From positions 11,061 to 75,060 of the IMG/VR virus record IMGVR_UViG_3300042197_004075: a stretch of DNA of 64,000 bases; one strand, given 5' to 3'. This document shows, piece by piece, positions 29,670 through 38,096 of the stretch. The stretch comes from a virus. The position numbers were made by a program, and so were the translations under genes. The notes under the pieces are model-generated. The model was given only the letters and a program-made list of their open reading frames with translations. It did no database searches and was not told the origin of the DNA. Every line of letters begins with the position of its first letter. Position 1 is the first letter of the stretch.

Positions 29670-29906
29670 ATGAAAAACAAATTTCTCGATGGTATTGAAA
29701 ACGCTGAACTCATGGCGTTGCTCGAAAATAGTAGTGTTCGTGAAAAAATTAACACAATTCTTTTAAATGAAAGTATTGTTTACACTAAGAAGGGTAGACT
29801 TAACAAATCTGGAGCATGTCGTGTACTCAACATGAAGCCAAAAGAGCTTGACGATTTCATTATTGAGTGTCGGGATATTATAAAAGCAAGTCAATTTGAA
29901 GATTAA
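29670..29906 (+). CDS. small HTH-like protein
   Basis: GGGAG RBS; LNKSGACRVLNMKPKEL helix-turn-helix pattern. Confidence 0.55.
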   Translation: MKNKFLDGIENAELMALLENSSVREKINTILLNESIVYTKKGRLNKSGACRVLNMKPKELDDFIIECRDIIKASQFED

Positions 29907-30538
29907 TTGATACAATTATACCATTCTGCTCGATCATATCTAAGAGTAAGATTGATACGCATGACATCTGCGGATGTCATGTCGTGTTCACCAAATTCAA
30001 CTTCTTGTGGCCAAGCATTATAAAAATACCATTGTTCAAGAAAATTACCACCACCATCTAGTGATGTTACTGTAACATCACGCTTGAATTTACTAGCAGG
30101 ATCAGCCTGATTTGCAAATTCTAACCCACCATAATATTTTCCTGTTGCAAAATTTCTATTATTATTTGTCATCCCGTAGACGAAACTTATCCACTCAACA
30201 ACGGGACTCGCTTTATGCATAGTATCATATAAAGTTACTTTAATTGGCTTCCAATCGGGTCTACCGGGATAATAAATTGTTTCTGTTAAATGTGTTACTT
30301 CAGTCTCTTTGAAACTAAATGATGGCCTACTTGCTTTTTCCCAAATTAAAATTGATAAACCATCACGCAAACTTGTAATATTTGCATTTGTAATTCGTAC
30401 GGCTGGTTTATCTTCAGTACCTGTGCCCGAAACATTTCCGGTTGTGACACCCCAAATGTTTAAAATAAATCGGCAAGCTCTCTTGAACAAAAGTTGAGAG
30501 GCAAAACCAATTCCCATATTTCCTCTAGCATTTGGCAT
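29903..30538 (-). CDS. tail tube protein gp19-like (copy 2)
   Basis: ASRP, YYPGRPDW, W-x-F-x-NAWP, LRYD. Confidence 0.85.
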   Translation of the reverse strand: MPNARGNMGIGFASQLLFKRACRFILNIWGVTTGNVSGTGTEDKPAVRITNANITSLRDGLSILIWEKASRPSFSFKETEVTHLTETIYYPGRPDWKPIKVTLYDTMHKASPVVEWISFVYGMTNNNRNFATGKYYGGLEFANQADPASKFKRDVTVTSLDGGGNFLEQWYFYNAWPQEVEFGEHDMTSADVMRINLTLRYDRAEWYNCIN

Positions 30539-30555
30539 TTTTGTTTATCCTAATG

Positions 30556-30594
30556 AAAAAACTCCACTTCTATATAGAACAGAAGTGGAGTTTT
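30556..30594. terminator. intrinsic terminator between tube genes
   Basis: AAAACTCCACTTCT / AGAAGTGGAGTTTT stem with T-runs on both strands. Confidence 0.75.
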
Positions 30595-30611
30595 GTGTTT
30601 TAAATTTAACT

Positions 30612-31241
30612 TTAGTAAGTACCAGCACGACCACCGGGACATGCAGGCACGGGCAGAGTGCCGGGAGGCACAGGAATACAGTAGTTTGTGTACTTGGCGA
30701 AGCTATAACGCATATTCAATTCAATTGTACATTCTTCGGAGCTTGAGTAATCAAGATCACCGAAGTTAATTGAAACTGGCCAGCAGTTAATCAAACGCCA
30801 CTCTTCAAGAGCATAACCACCACCATCAAGAAGTGTGAGAATGCCGTTGCCAGCGTATCCATCTCCAGCAGCATTTTTAGCAACATTCTTTTGTGTTGCT
30901 GAGATAAACTCACCATTTCCATCAGAGAAGTTATAAACCTTGTTTACCCAAACAAGAAGGTTGTTTACAGCAGCATCAGTAGAAGCGATATCGTAATAAG
31001 TTACTGACAACTGTTGGAATGTTGCCTTACCGGGAATCCATGTCTTGCCATTAAGGAAGTTAATTTCAGTTTCCTCAACCTCAAGTTGTGGACGATTAGC
31101 AACTTTCACATATTGGCCACCTACGCCTAGTTGTGGATTGCCACCAATATTATCAACACGGAATGTCCATCTATACTTCCGTTTGAAGGTTGCACTACCG
31201 AGTGGGCCGATGCCCATATTATTTACTGTCGAAATTGCCAT
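30612..31241 (-). CDS. tail tube protein gp19-like (copy 1)
   Basis: FKRKYRW, ANRP, WIPGK, NCWP, FGDLDY. Confidence 0.88.
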   Translation of the reverse strand: MAISTVNNMGIGPLGSATFKRKYRWTFRVDNIGGNPQLGVGGQYVKVANRPQLEVEETEINFLNGKTWIPGKATFQQLSVTYYDIASTDAAVNNLLVWVNKVYNFSDGNGEFISATQKNVAKNAAGDGYAGNGILTLLDGGGYALEEWRLINCWPVSINFGDLDYSSSEECTIELNMRYSFAKYTNYCIPVPPGTLPVPACPGGRAGTY

Positions 31242-31274
31242 GTTTTTCCTCCAATTTGTATTTTAATTAATTCA

Positions 31275-33614
31275 TTATCCAAGGCTAGTGCCAGTTCTAT
31301 TTAGTGAAAATTCAATAAAGATGAATTCTACTGCCCTTGTTGGAACAACACCAATTCTGGCTCGGAGTTCGTTCCTATCAATAACATCGGGTGGGTTAAG
31401 TTCCTCGTCGCACTTAATAACGAAATCAGTAAGACCTTGACCCTGTTGCACCTCTGAAAGAATTGATGTGCAAGCTGAAACGAATGTGCTGCGAAGAGCC
31501 TCGGTGTTTGGTTCAAACAGTAGTGCCCTTGCAACATTCTTGATTGATTTTTCAATAAAGAACATCATTCTACGAACATTGACTCTATCAAGAGCAGTAG
31601 GTGCCCTTTGAAGAGTTTTCTGGCCCCAGATAACAAATCCTGCGATGTCAGGATAAGAAATAATTGGGTTAATTGCATTTTGGTTGCCGTACATCTGATC
31701 TCGTTCAGCCAAAGTTGGACGAGTATACACATTTGCAACACCTTGAGTTACACCACGGGTCAAACCGGCTGGAGCGAACCATACGGCAGACAAATTGTCG
31801 CTGTAACAGATAGTTGCTAGTACAGTACCGCTTGGTGGAACCCAGACAGGAATGTTATTGTATGTGTCTGTGATCTGCAACCAAGGCCAATAAAGAGCGG
31901 CAAAGTCACTATCAAAGCGATCTGAATTGAGCGGATGCACACCATTTTGCCAATCAATAATATCCCTTACAGTTAGTCCGAAAGGAGGATCAACAATCGC
32001 CAAGCAATCCTGTCGATATGTTTCAGCAACACTAACCAAAGCACGAATAACTGCGGTGCTTGATCGACCGGGAGCGGCGATAAGGTCAATGTCAATCTGT
32101 TCTGGTTCGGATAGATTATAAAGACCTGTTCCAGCAACAGGATTGCCAATCACTAAATCATCCTGATCATCAGGATCGACAGGTAAACCATCAACGCCAC
32201 CACTCAATGACAAGCCAGTCGCAGCGGTGTTTGCAGGAGGAGCAGATGTTGCTGTGTTGTCAACAATCCTAATGAAATTAGAGTTTGCATTTACATATGT
32301 TGGTGCATAGAAAGTTGAGTCCTGATTCTTAGTCAAATTGCCCCATGATTCAACAGATGCCCCGTTATTAAATACTTTCACAGTAAATGAGCCGTTTGTG
32401 GTATCATTTTGGAAAATAACTTGGGTGTGGTTGCCTTCAAGACCCGGAGAATCTGCATAAACAGTAAGGCTCACTAGACTTGAACTATTTGCAGAACCTG
32501 TAATAATACCACCCGTGTCAGTAGATCCTCCACCGGATGTCTCAGTTGGAGAAGTACCAGCTTTTTGGGTGTTTGCAAGACCAAGCACCACATCTAGAGT
32601 GCTATCAGCCTTCACAAGAAGCTTGCTATCTCTACCAAAAGCGATAGTCTCAAGTTGCACATAATCACCAACTGCAACTGCTAGGAAGCCACCCGGAAGA
32701 CTACTAATTTGATTATTAATTTCTGCTACAACTTGAGCAGTTGTATAGGTGCCGCCAGCAAGAGCATCAAGATTAACTACTTGCACGACATCATCAATAT
32801 TAACATTACCTGTTCCACTAACAACAACTTGAAGTGCTGTTTCCATAGTGGTCATGCTAACACCTGAGAAGTTCCAAGTACCAGCAGAGGTGTAGATATC
32901 GTCAGGATAACGATCAGCGGTGCCGAGAAGTTCGGCAACTGTCATGGATGTACCCATTCCAACAATGCTGGATGCTCCACCATAGATTGAGTCTTGGATC
33001 GAAACTAGCTCGATTGAAGCTGATGATCCGAAGGCCCAAGTACTGCGAAGTCCTAAAGTATTGCTGCTTGTTGCGTAGAATTCAATACCATCGATAAGTG
33101 CAGTAAGTTGATCATTAAGTTCTGTTACCAAAGCTGTTAAAGTATAGGTTGCAGCAGCCACTACAAGTGTTTTACTGGCTAGTACACCATTTAGTTTCCA
33201 TGCAAAATATGAATCTACAGCAAATGTATATGGGCCAGTAGCTGAACCAATAATGTCAACTAATCCACCGGCAGCAGGGACTTGGACAGATGCTGTGGTA
33301 GCTTGTGATCCGCTTGTTGGATCAACATCAGCTACACGAACAATTACCACATCGTTTGAAACCTGAAGTGCCTGTTGAGCAGCGTAAATAAGATAAGGGT
33401 CACCTTGATCAGGGTGTGGATTACCAAACTTGGTGGCAAGGTCGGTGAGACTTGTCACACTAGTTGGTGTATTGATTGGCCCTTTAGATGCAAAACCAAC
33501 AAGACCAATTCTGTGAAAAGTAGTTGTTGGTGAAAGAAGGGTCAAATCAACTTCAGAGATACGAACTGAAGGACTTATTGTGTTGCTTGGTGGGAAACCT
33601 GTTAGGATAGCCAT
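31275..33614 (-). CDS. tail sheath protein gp18
   Basis: SPSVRISEVD, KGPIN, WFAPAG, WGQKTL, DRVNVRR, FEPN, EFI. Confidence 0.95.
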   Translation of the reverse strand: MAILTGFPPSNTISPSVRISEVDLTLLSPTTTFHRIGLVGFASKGPINTPTSVTSLTDLATKFGNPHPDQGDPYLIYAAQQALQVSNDVVIVRVADVDPTSGSQATTASVQVPAAGGLVDIIGSATGPYTFAVDSYFAWKLNGVLASKTLVVAAATYTLTALVTELNDQLTALIDGIEFYATSSNTLGLRSTWAFGSSASIELVSIQDSIYGGASSIVGMGTSMTVAELLGTADRYPDDIYTSAGTWNFSGVSMTTMETALQVVVSGTGNVNIDDVVQVVNLDALAGGTYTTAQVVAEINNQISSLPGGFLAVAVGDYVQLETIAFGRDSKLLVKADSTLDVVLGLANTQKAGTSPTETSGGGSTDTGGIITGSANSSSLVSLTVYADSPGLEGNHTQVIFQNDTTNGSFTVKVFNNGASVESWGNLTKNQDSTFYAPTYVNANSNFIRIVDNTATSAPPANTAATGLSLSGGVDGLPVDPDDQDDLVIGNPVAGTGLYNLSEPEQIDIDLIAAPGRSSTAVIRALVSVAETYRQDCLAIVDPPFGLTVRDIIDWQNGVHPLNSDRFDSDFAALYWPWLQITDTYNNIPVWVPPSGTVLATICYSDNLSAVWFAPAGLTRGVTQGVANVYTRPTLAERDQMYGNQNAINPIISYPDIAGFVIWGQKTLQRAPTALDRVNVRRMMFFIEKSIKNVARALLFEPNTEALRSTFVSACTSILSEVQQGQGLTDFVIKCDEELNPPDVIDRNELRARIGVVPTRAVEFIFIEFSLNRTGTSLG

Positions 33615-33615
33615 C

Positions 33616-33837
33616 TTACTTTTCTCCTTCTAAAATATTAGATATTCTTCTAGTGGTAATTAATCCATCTTTTTCTGCTCTATCTATATATTCAGTATGT
33701 CTTTCATCTTCAAGAAAAAATACATTTTTTCCTTTGCCCAAGGCTGGTATGTTGAGAACTGTGAATTGCCTAGTTCTTTTTTTACTCTTGATAATGAGTT
33801 GAACTGGAAATTTTTTCAAGTTCGTAATTTTAATCAT
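33616..33837 (-). CDS. small hypothetical protein in tail operon
   Basis: 73 aa between gp15 and sheath. Confidence 0.6.
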   Translation of the reverse strand: MIKITNLKKFPVQLIIKSKKRTRQFTVLNIPALGKGKNVFFLEDERHTEYIDRAEKDGLITTRRISNILEGEK

Positions 33838-33838
33838 C

Positions 33839-34831
33839 TTAACCGCCTGACTCTTTTATTCTACCTATTACACTTGTTACTGAATCAAATTCAACAGCAT
33901 CAACAATATCACCTTTAAAGACCTTTATTAACGAATCATAACGCTTAATAGGCATTGGCACATATGTTTCTGCTGTTAAACCAAACTGAAACTTGATTAC
34001 TCGCAACGCTTGATCACCGGGTTCTGTTTCAAGGTTGTTGGCAATCGAGTCCAATTTGACAATAACATCTTGTAAAACTCCTCTAACTTTTATGTATGCA
34101 ACAAGACTAAATTTTGTGACTATCTGTTCTAAAATTTGATTCATGTCTTCAAGTTGCATGGTCCAAGCATATAATGTATACTCTATATTTAATGGAATGC
34201 CTCTTGACACACCAAAAACAGTTGATTTATTGTCTGGCAAGTTTCTATCAAATTTTGAAGATCCTGTGTAGGCATTTAAATATCTTAATGCTTGATGATA
34301 AGTATATCGATTTGCATCAAAAGAGTAACCAGTAGAACTTATTGCTAACATAGGAAGTTTAATTCTATCAACAACAATAGTTTCATCTTTGCGAACATTT
34401 TGCTGTAATATTGCAGCTACTGCTCTTTCTTGTGTTCCCCAAATTACAGGAACCTTTATGGCTTTACCATCTTCATCGATTACAACAATGTCTCGAAACA
34501 AATCCATAACACCTTCATCAGTTCCTCGCACAGCTTTGCTGTACCGATAAACTGTATTATCATCTATTTTGCCATCTACATCGTTTACAATTTTACCAGC
34601 TTGCATTGGATCAGCATTATTTGCTGCACCATTGCCGGTGTTTTGTACTAAATTGTCATTTAACCAATCTTCGACTCCATTGTTTCCAATGTTGTTTTGA
34701 TTATCAGGTTTTTCATTACAAACAAAACCCGGTGGACCATCTGTGTTGTTTGATCTTCCTAAAGGTGAAAGATCTGGACAAGTTTGTAGATTGTCTTTAT
34801 ATGAATTTGGATTCGGCCCGATTGGTAACAT
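33839..34831 (-). CDS. gp15-like tail terminator / sheath stabiliser
   Basis: KVPVIWG, LPMLAI, DMNQILEQI. Confidence 0.8.
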   Translation of the reverse strand: MLPIGPNPNSYKDNLQTCPDLSPLGRSNNTDGPPGFVCNEKPDNQNNIGNNGVEDWLNDNLVQNTGNGAANNADPMQAGKIVNDVDGKIDDNTVYRYSKAVRGTDEGVMDLFRDIVVIDEDGKAIKVPVIWGTQERAVAAILQQNVRKDETIVVDRIKLPMLAISSTGYSFDANRYTYHQALRYLNAYTGSSKFDRNLPDNKSTVFGVSRGIPLNIEYTLYAWTMQLEDMNQILEQIVTKFSLVAYIKVRGVLQDVIVKLDSIANNLETEPGDQALRVIKFQFGLTAETYVPMPIKRYDSLIKVFKGDIVDAVEFDSVTSVIGRIKESGG

Positions 34832-34877
34832 AAAATTATGTAGTTTTAAATATTATTATTTTTCCTATATTAATTTT

Positions 34878-35723
34878 ATGAGCAGCAGATATGGCAGTAA
34901 GTTTCATATTGAATATAGAACATACGGCAAGTCATTGCCTCCAAAAAGATGTGCTATTCATATTCCCGGTTGGGCAGGAGATGCCACAGATCACACAAAT
35001 GGAAGCGTTGCAAAACCATTACATTGTATACCATTTGTTGAAGGTAGTACTTATGGTCTGGAATTGATATATGCATTTGATACAACAACTTATGTCACCA
35101 AGAAAAATGGTGAAATCATTTTTGAGGGCGAGTGGGAAAAAGAAAATTTAATGGGCGTAAAATATGATTCGATACCTCCATTCGGAGCTTTTGCAGCTGA
35201 TCATTATGGTATGACATCATGTTTAGATATTAAAATTCCAAAAGATCATGTTCTGAGACTTGAACCACATCCAAGTTTTTATACAGATCCAACTTATTCA
35301 ACACCTTGGGTGGTGCCCGGTCACATTCAAGCAGAGTGGTGGTCTAGTATATTTTTTGTTGTTTTTAAAGCTCCCCCAGAAGGACACACTCATGTATTTC
35401 AAAAGAACACTCCATATGCACAAGTATTAATTTTGCCAAGAAAAGTTAATTATGATATTGAAAAAATGTCAGAAACTGCCGAGAAGGAACGATCAGAAAG
35501 GAATAACCTTATTTTTAACAATAGGAAAAAATATTCAAAAAATATCTGGAAAGATTCAAACGGAAAAGAATTTGACGATAAATATAAACAAATAAAAAAT
35601 ATATTTGAAAAACATGGAATAGAAGCAGTCGATAAGTTTTTATCTAAATTCAAAAATCCACAAGAAGTAAAAAAAATTAAAAGAAAACTTAAATTATTTG
35701 GTGTAAAAAATAAAAAAAAATAA
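34878..35723 (+). CDS. DUF6065-like protein
   Basis: HCIPFVEGSTYG, PGHIQAEWW, TPYAQ; start moved to ATG 34878. Confidence 0.5.
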   Translation: MSSRYGSKFHIEYRTYGKSLPPKRCAIHIPGWAGDATDHTNGSVAKPLHCIPFVEGSTYGLELIYAFDTTTYVTKKNGEIIFEGEWEKENLMGVKYDSIPPFGAFAADHYGMTSCLDIKIPKDHVLRLEPHPSFYTDPTYSTPWVVPGHIQAEWWSSIFFVVFKAPPEGHTHVFQKNTPYAQVLILPRKVNYDIEKMSETAEKERSERNNLIFNNRKKYSKNIWKDSNGKEFDDKYKQIKNIFEKHGIEAVDKFLSKFKNPQEVKKIKRKLKLFGVKNKKK

Positions 35724-35766
35724 GTCTTGATTGCTCAAAACTTATTTTTATAATTTATAAATTGAA

Positions 35767-36432
35767 TTACATTTGGAAATTCATAGCTGGTGCTTGTGCT
35801 TGTGCATTTCCAGCGGCAGGAGCTTGTTGACCTCCTGCTGGAGGTGCGGCTCCACCAGATTCCCCGCCCATGTTCATATCAAGATCCATACCGGAATCTG
35901 CGCCTTGAGCCTGATCACCACCCGCAGCGTCACCTTCGGGTTTATTGCCTTCCTCACCTTCGCTATCGGCCTCTTCTTCATCTTCATCCTCCACGGAATC
36001 AGCAAGTTCACCAATCTTATTTACTGCTTGTTTAAGTCTTGAAACAGTATCTGAATCTAGTGTATTATTGTTATCTTGTGCTGCTGAAAGAACTTGATCT
36101 AAAAGTCCTTTGATCTCGCCTAGAGATTCTTTTGTTTCATTCTTGCCAACTGAGCCAACTGATTTAGAAAGTTGTGAATCGCCTGTATCTCCCATATCGC
36201 TCATAGTTCCTTGCTGATCAGCAGGAACTTGGCCAGAAACTCCCTTCATCCCACCAGCAGAAGCCCCTGAATTATCTCCACCAAAATCAACACCGCCACC
36301 AGCAGCATCTCCACCCATGCCGCCTCCCATATTCCCACCCATGGAGCCACCCATGTCACCACCAGCGGCAGCATCTTGCTCAAAAAGTTTTTTAGCTTGA
36401 ATTATTTGATACATTTCATAAAAAGTTTTCAT
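35767..36432 (-). CDS. Gly/Met/acidic low-complexity putative internal head protein
   Basis: MKTFYEM...LFE leader; GAGGAG RBS; TAAATA upstream. Confidence 0.65.
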   Translation of the reverse strand: MKTFYEMYQIIQAKKLFEQDAAAGGDMGGSMGGNMGGGMGGDAAGGGVDFGGDNSGASAGGMKGVSGQVPADQQGTMSDMGDTGDSQLSKSVGSVGKNETKESLGEIKGLLDQVLSAAQDNNNTLDSDTVSRLKQAVNKIGELADSVEDEDEEEADSEGEEGNKPEGDAAGGDQAQGADSGMDLDMNMGGESGGAAPPAGGQQAPAAGNAQAQAPAMNFQM

Positions 36433-36463
36433 AATTTCTCCTCGTATGCTTATTTAGCAAAGA

Positions 36464-37000
36464 TTAAATAATTTTGTAATCAGCATTTTTCTTTTCACCA
36501 ACAGAAGAACCTGATACATCGTCTTCTTGGAACCTCTGACAAATAAGTTGCAATCTCAAAGCATTATACTTTTTAAACTCACCTAATTTTCTTTCAATAA
36601 TTACCCAATCCTCATTGAGAAAAGGCGTTCTTACCCTACTGCCAATTTTTGGCGCATAGCCCAAGTCTCGCAATACGGCCTTGTAATTTAGGTCAAAAGT
36701 CATTTCATCTGGGCTATCTAATCCAAATGCAGTTTGCATATTTTGACTTGGAATTGGTTCGTACACGCACCATAATTGGACAGGATTTTTACTGTAAATT
36801 TTTGCTCTTGTCTCAACATAAAGTGGATCAATATTATTTACATCAACAAACAACTCATAGTAAAACAAGGGACTGCCACCAAGTCTTATAGACTCTTCAT
36901 CCCATTTATTAAACAAATCTCGATCTGGTGATGAATCATCGAACTGTTGAAGCGACCCAACAGCAGAGTATGGTTTTCCATCAGATCGATAGATTGTCAT
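36464..37000 (-). CDS. gp14-like neck (head closure) protein
   Basis: ESIRLGG, DPLYVE, FGL; start at ATG 37000 with AAGGAG. Confidence 0.75.
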   Translation of the reverse strand: MTIYRSDGKPYSAVGSLQQFDDSSPDRDLFNKWDEESIRLGGSPLFYYELFVDVNNIDPLYVETRAKIYSKNPVQLWCVYEPIPSQNMQTAFGLDSPDEMTFDLNYKAVLRDLGYAPKIGSRVRTPFLNEDWVIIERKLGEFKKYNALRLQLICQRFQEDDVSGSSVGEKKNADYKII

Positions 37001-37011
37001 AAACTCCTTTG

Positions 37012-37416
37012 TTATGCACAACTATTGAGCGAAATTGTTGATGTAATTAGAATTTGACCACCACTTGCTGGTAGCTGGAAAGGAGCAGCGGTAAAGCGTT
37101 CCAACCAAAGCAAGTTGCTTGAAGTATCAGTCACATAGTAACCATATACTGTAGCACTTGTGGAGAAAGTGAAAGTAATTTCAGGATAGGAAGCAGTCGC
37201 CACACCACTACTTGTCGCCACTGTCCAAGTGGCAGATGTTAATGTAACAGCAGCATAACCGCTAGCAGCGACTTCTGTGACGCTAGCAGTTGTAGCATTA
37301 GCATCAGGTGTGTAGTTATTTGAAAATAGACGGAGAACTGTATTAGGTGGGGCGATTACATTAAGCATATAACTAAGCAGCTTAACTTCACCCACATTTG
37401 GAACAACTAAAGCCAT
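37012..37416 (-). CDS. virion structural protein
   Basis: Ala/Thr-rich beta protein, LRLF...P...E...GYA pattern. Confidence 0.6.
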   Translation of the reverse strand: MALVVPNVGEVKLLSYMLNVIAPPNTVLRLFSNNYTPDANATTASVTEVAASGYAAVTLTSATWTVATSSGVATASYPEITFTFSTSATVYGYYVTDTSSNLLWLERFTAAPFQLPASGGQILITSTISLNSCA

Positions 37417-37460
37417 TTTACTCTCCTAAATTAAGGTTGATATTATATATTAATGTAGTC

Positions 37461-38096
37461 ATGACTATTTACAAAAAAGATGGTTCTATTTATAAATTTT
37501 CAGAACCAAATAAAATTATGATTCAACAAAACTTATGGGATAATTATATAACCCATAATTTGAATTACCTTTCTCAATATATATTAATGGCAGAGGAAAA
37601 ATCTTTTTATTCAAATGTACTAGATTTAACAACAAAAATAAAAAAGCTATCTGAAATTAAAACAAATGTTGATATATCTAATCAACAACAGTTAATTGAA
37701 ATTGCCAAAGAAGTTGAGCAAAATCAACAATTAGAACAGATTACAGAGATAAAACCAATTGTTCAATCAACACAAGATACTAGATTAAAGTTACAAAAAA
37801 CAATTGCACATTGTTTAATTGCTAAAATAAAAGAAAAAACTGATGATTTATATGGAGATATTAACAGAAAGATTGAATACTCAGATTCATTTACTGTAGA
37901 AATTATAATTGTTGAAACACAAGATCTTAAAATTAAAATTTTTACAACTTATGAAAATTTTTCCATGGACACAATTTTGTATCCTAAAGACACGGAAAAG
38001 AGATGGTGGCAAATTGTTAATATCATACCTAATCCTAAAGGATTCTTTTTGGAGTGTATTCCATCAAAACTACAACCTAGTTTTTCTATGAAATAA
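37461..38096 (+). CDS. hypothetical protein, possible divergent gp14 paralog
   Basis: MTIYKKDGSIY vs MTIYRSDGKPY; DDLYGD vs DPLYVE. Confidence 0.55.
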   Translation: MTIYKKDGSIYKFSEPNKIMIQQNLWDNYITHNLNYLSQYILMAEEKSFYSNVLDLTTKIKKLSEIKTNVDISNQQQLIEIAKEVEQNQQLEQITEIKPIVQSTQDTRLKLQKTIAHCLIAKIKEKTDDLYGDINRKIEYSDSFTVEIIIVETQDLKIKIFTTYENFSMDTILYPKDTEKRWWQIVNIIPNPKGFFLECIPSKLQPSFSMK

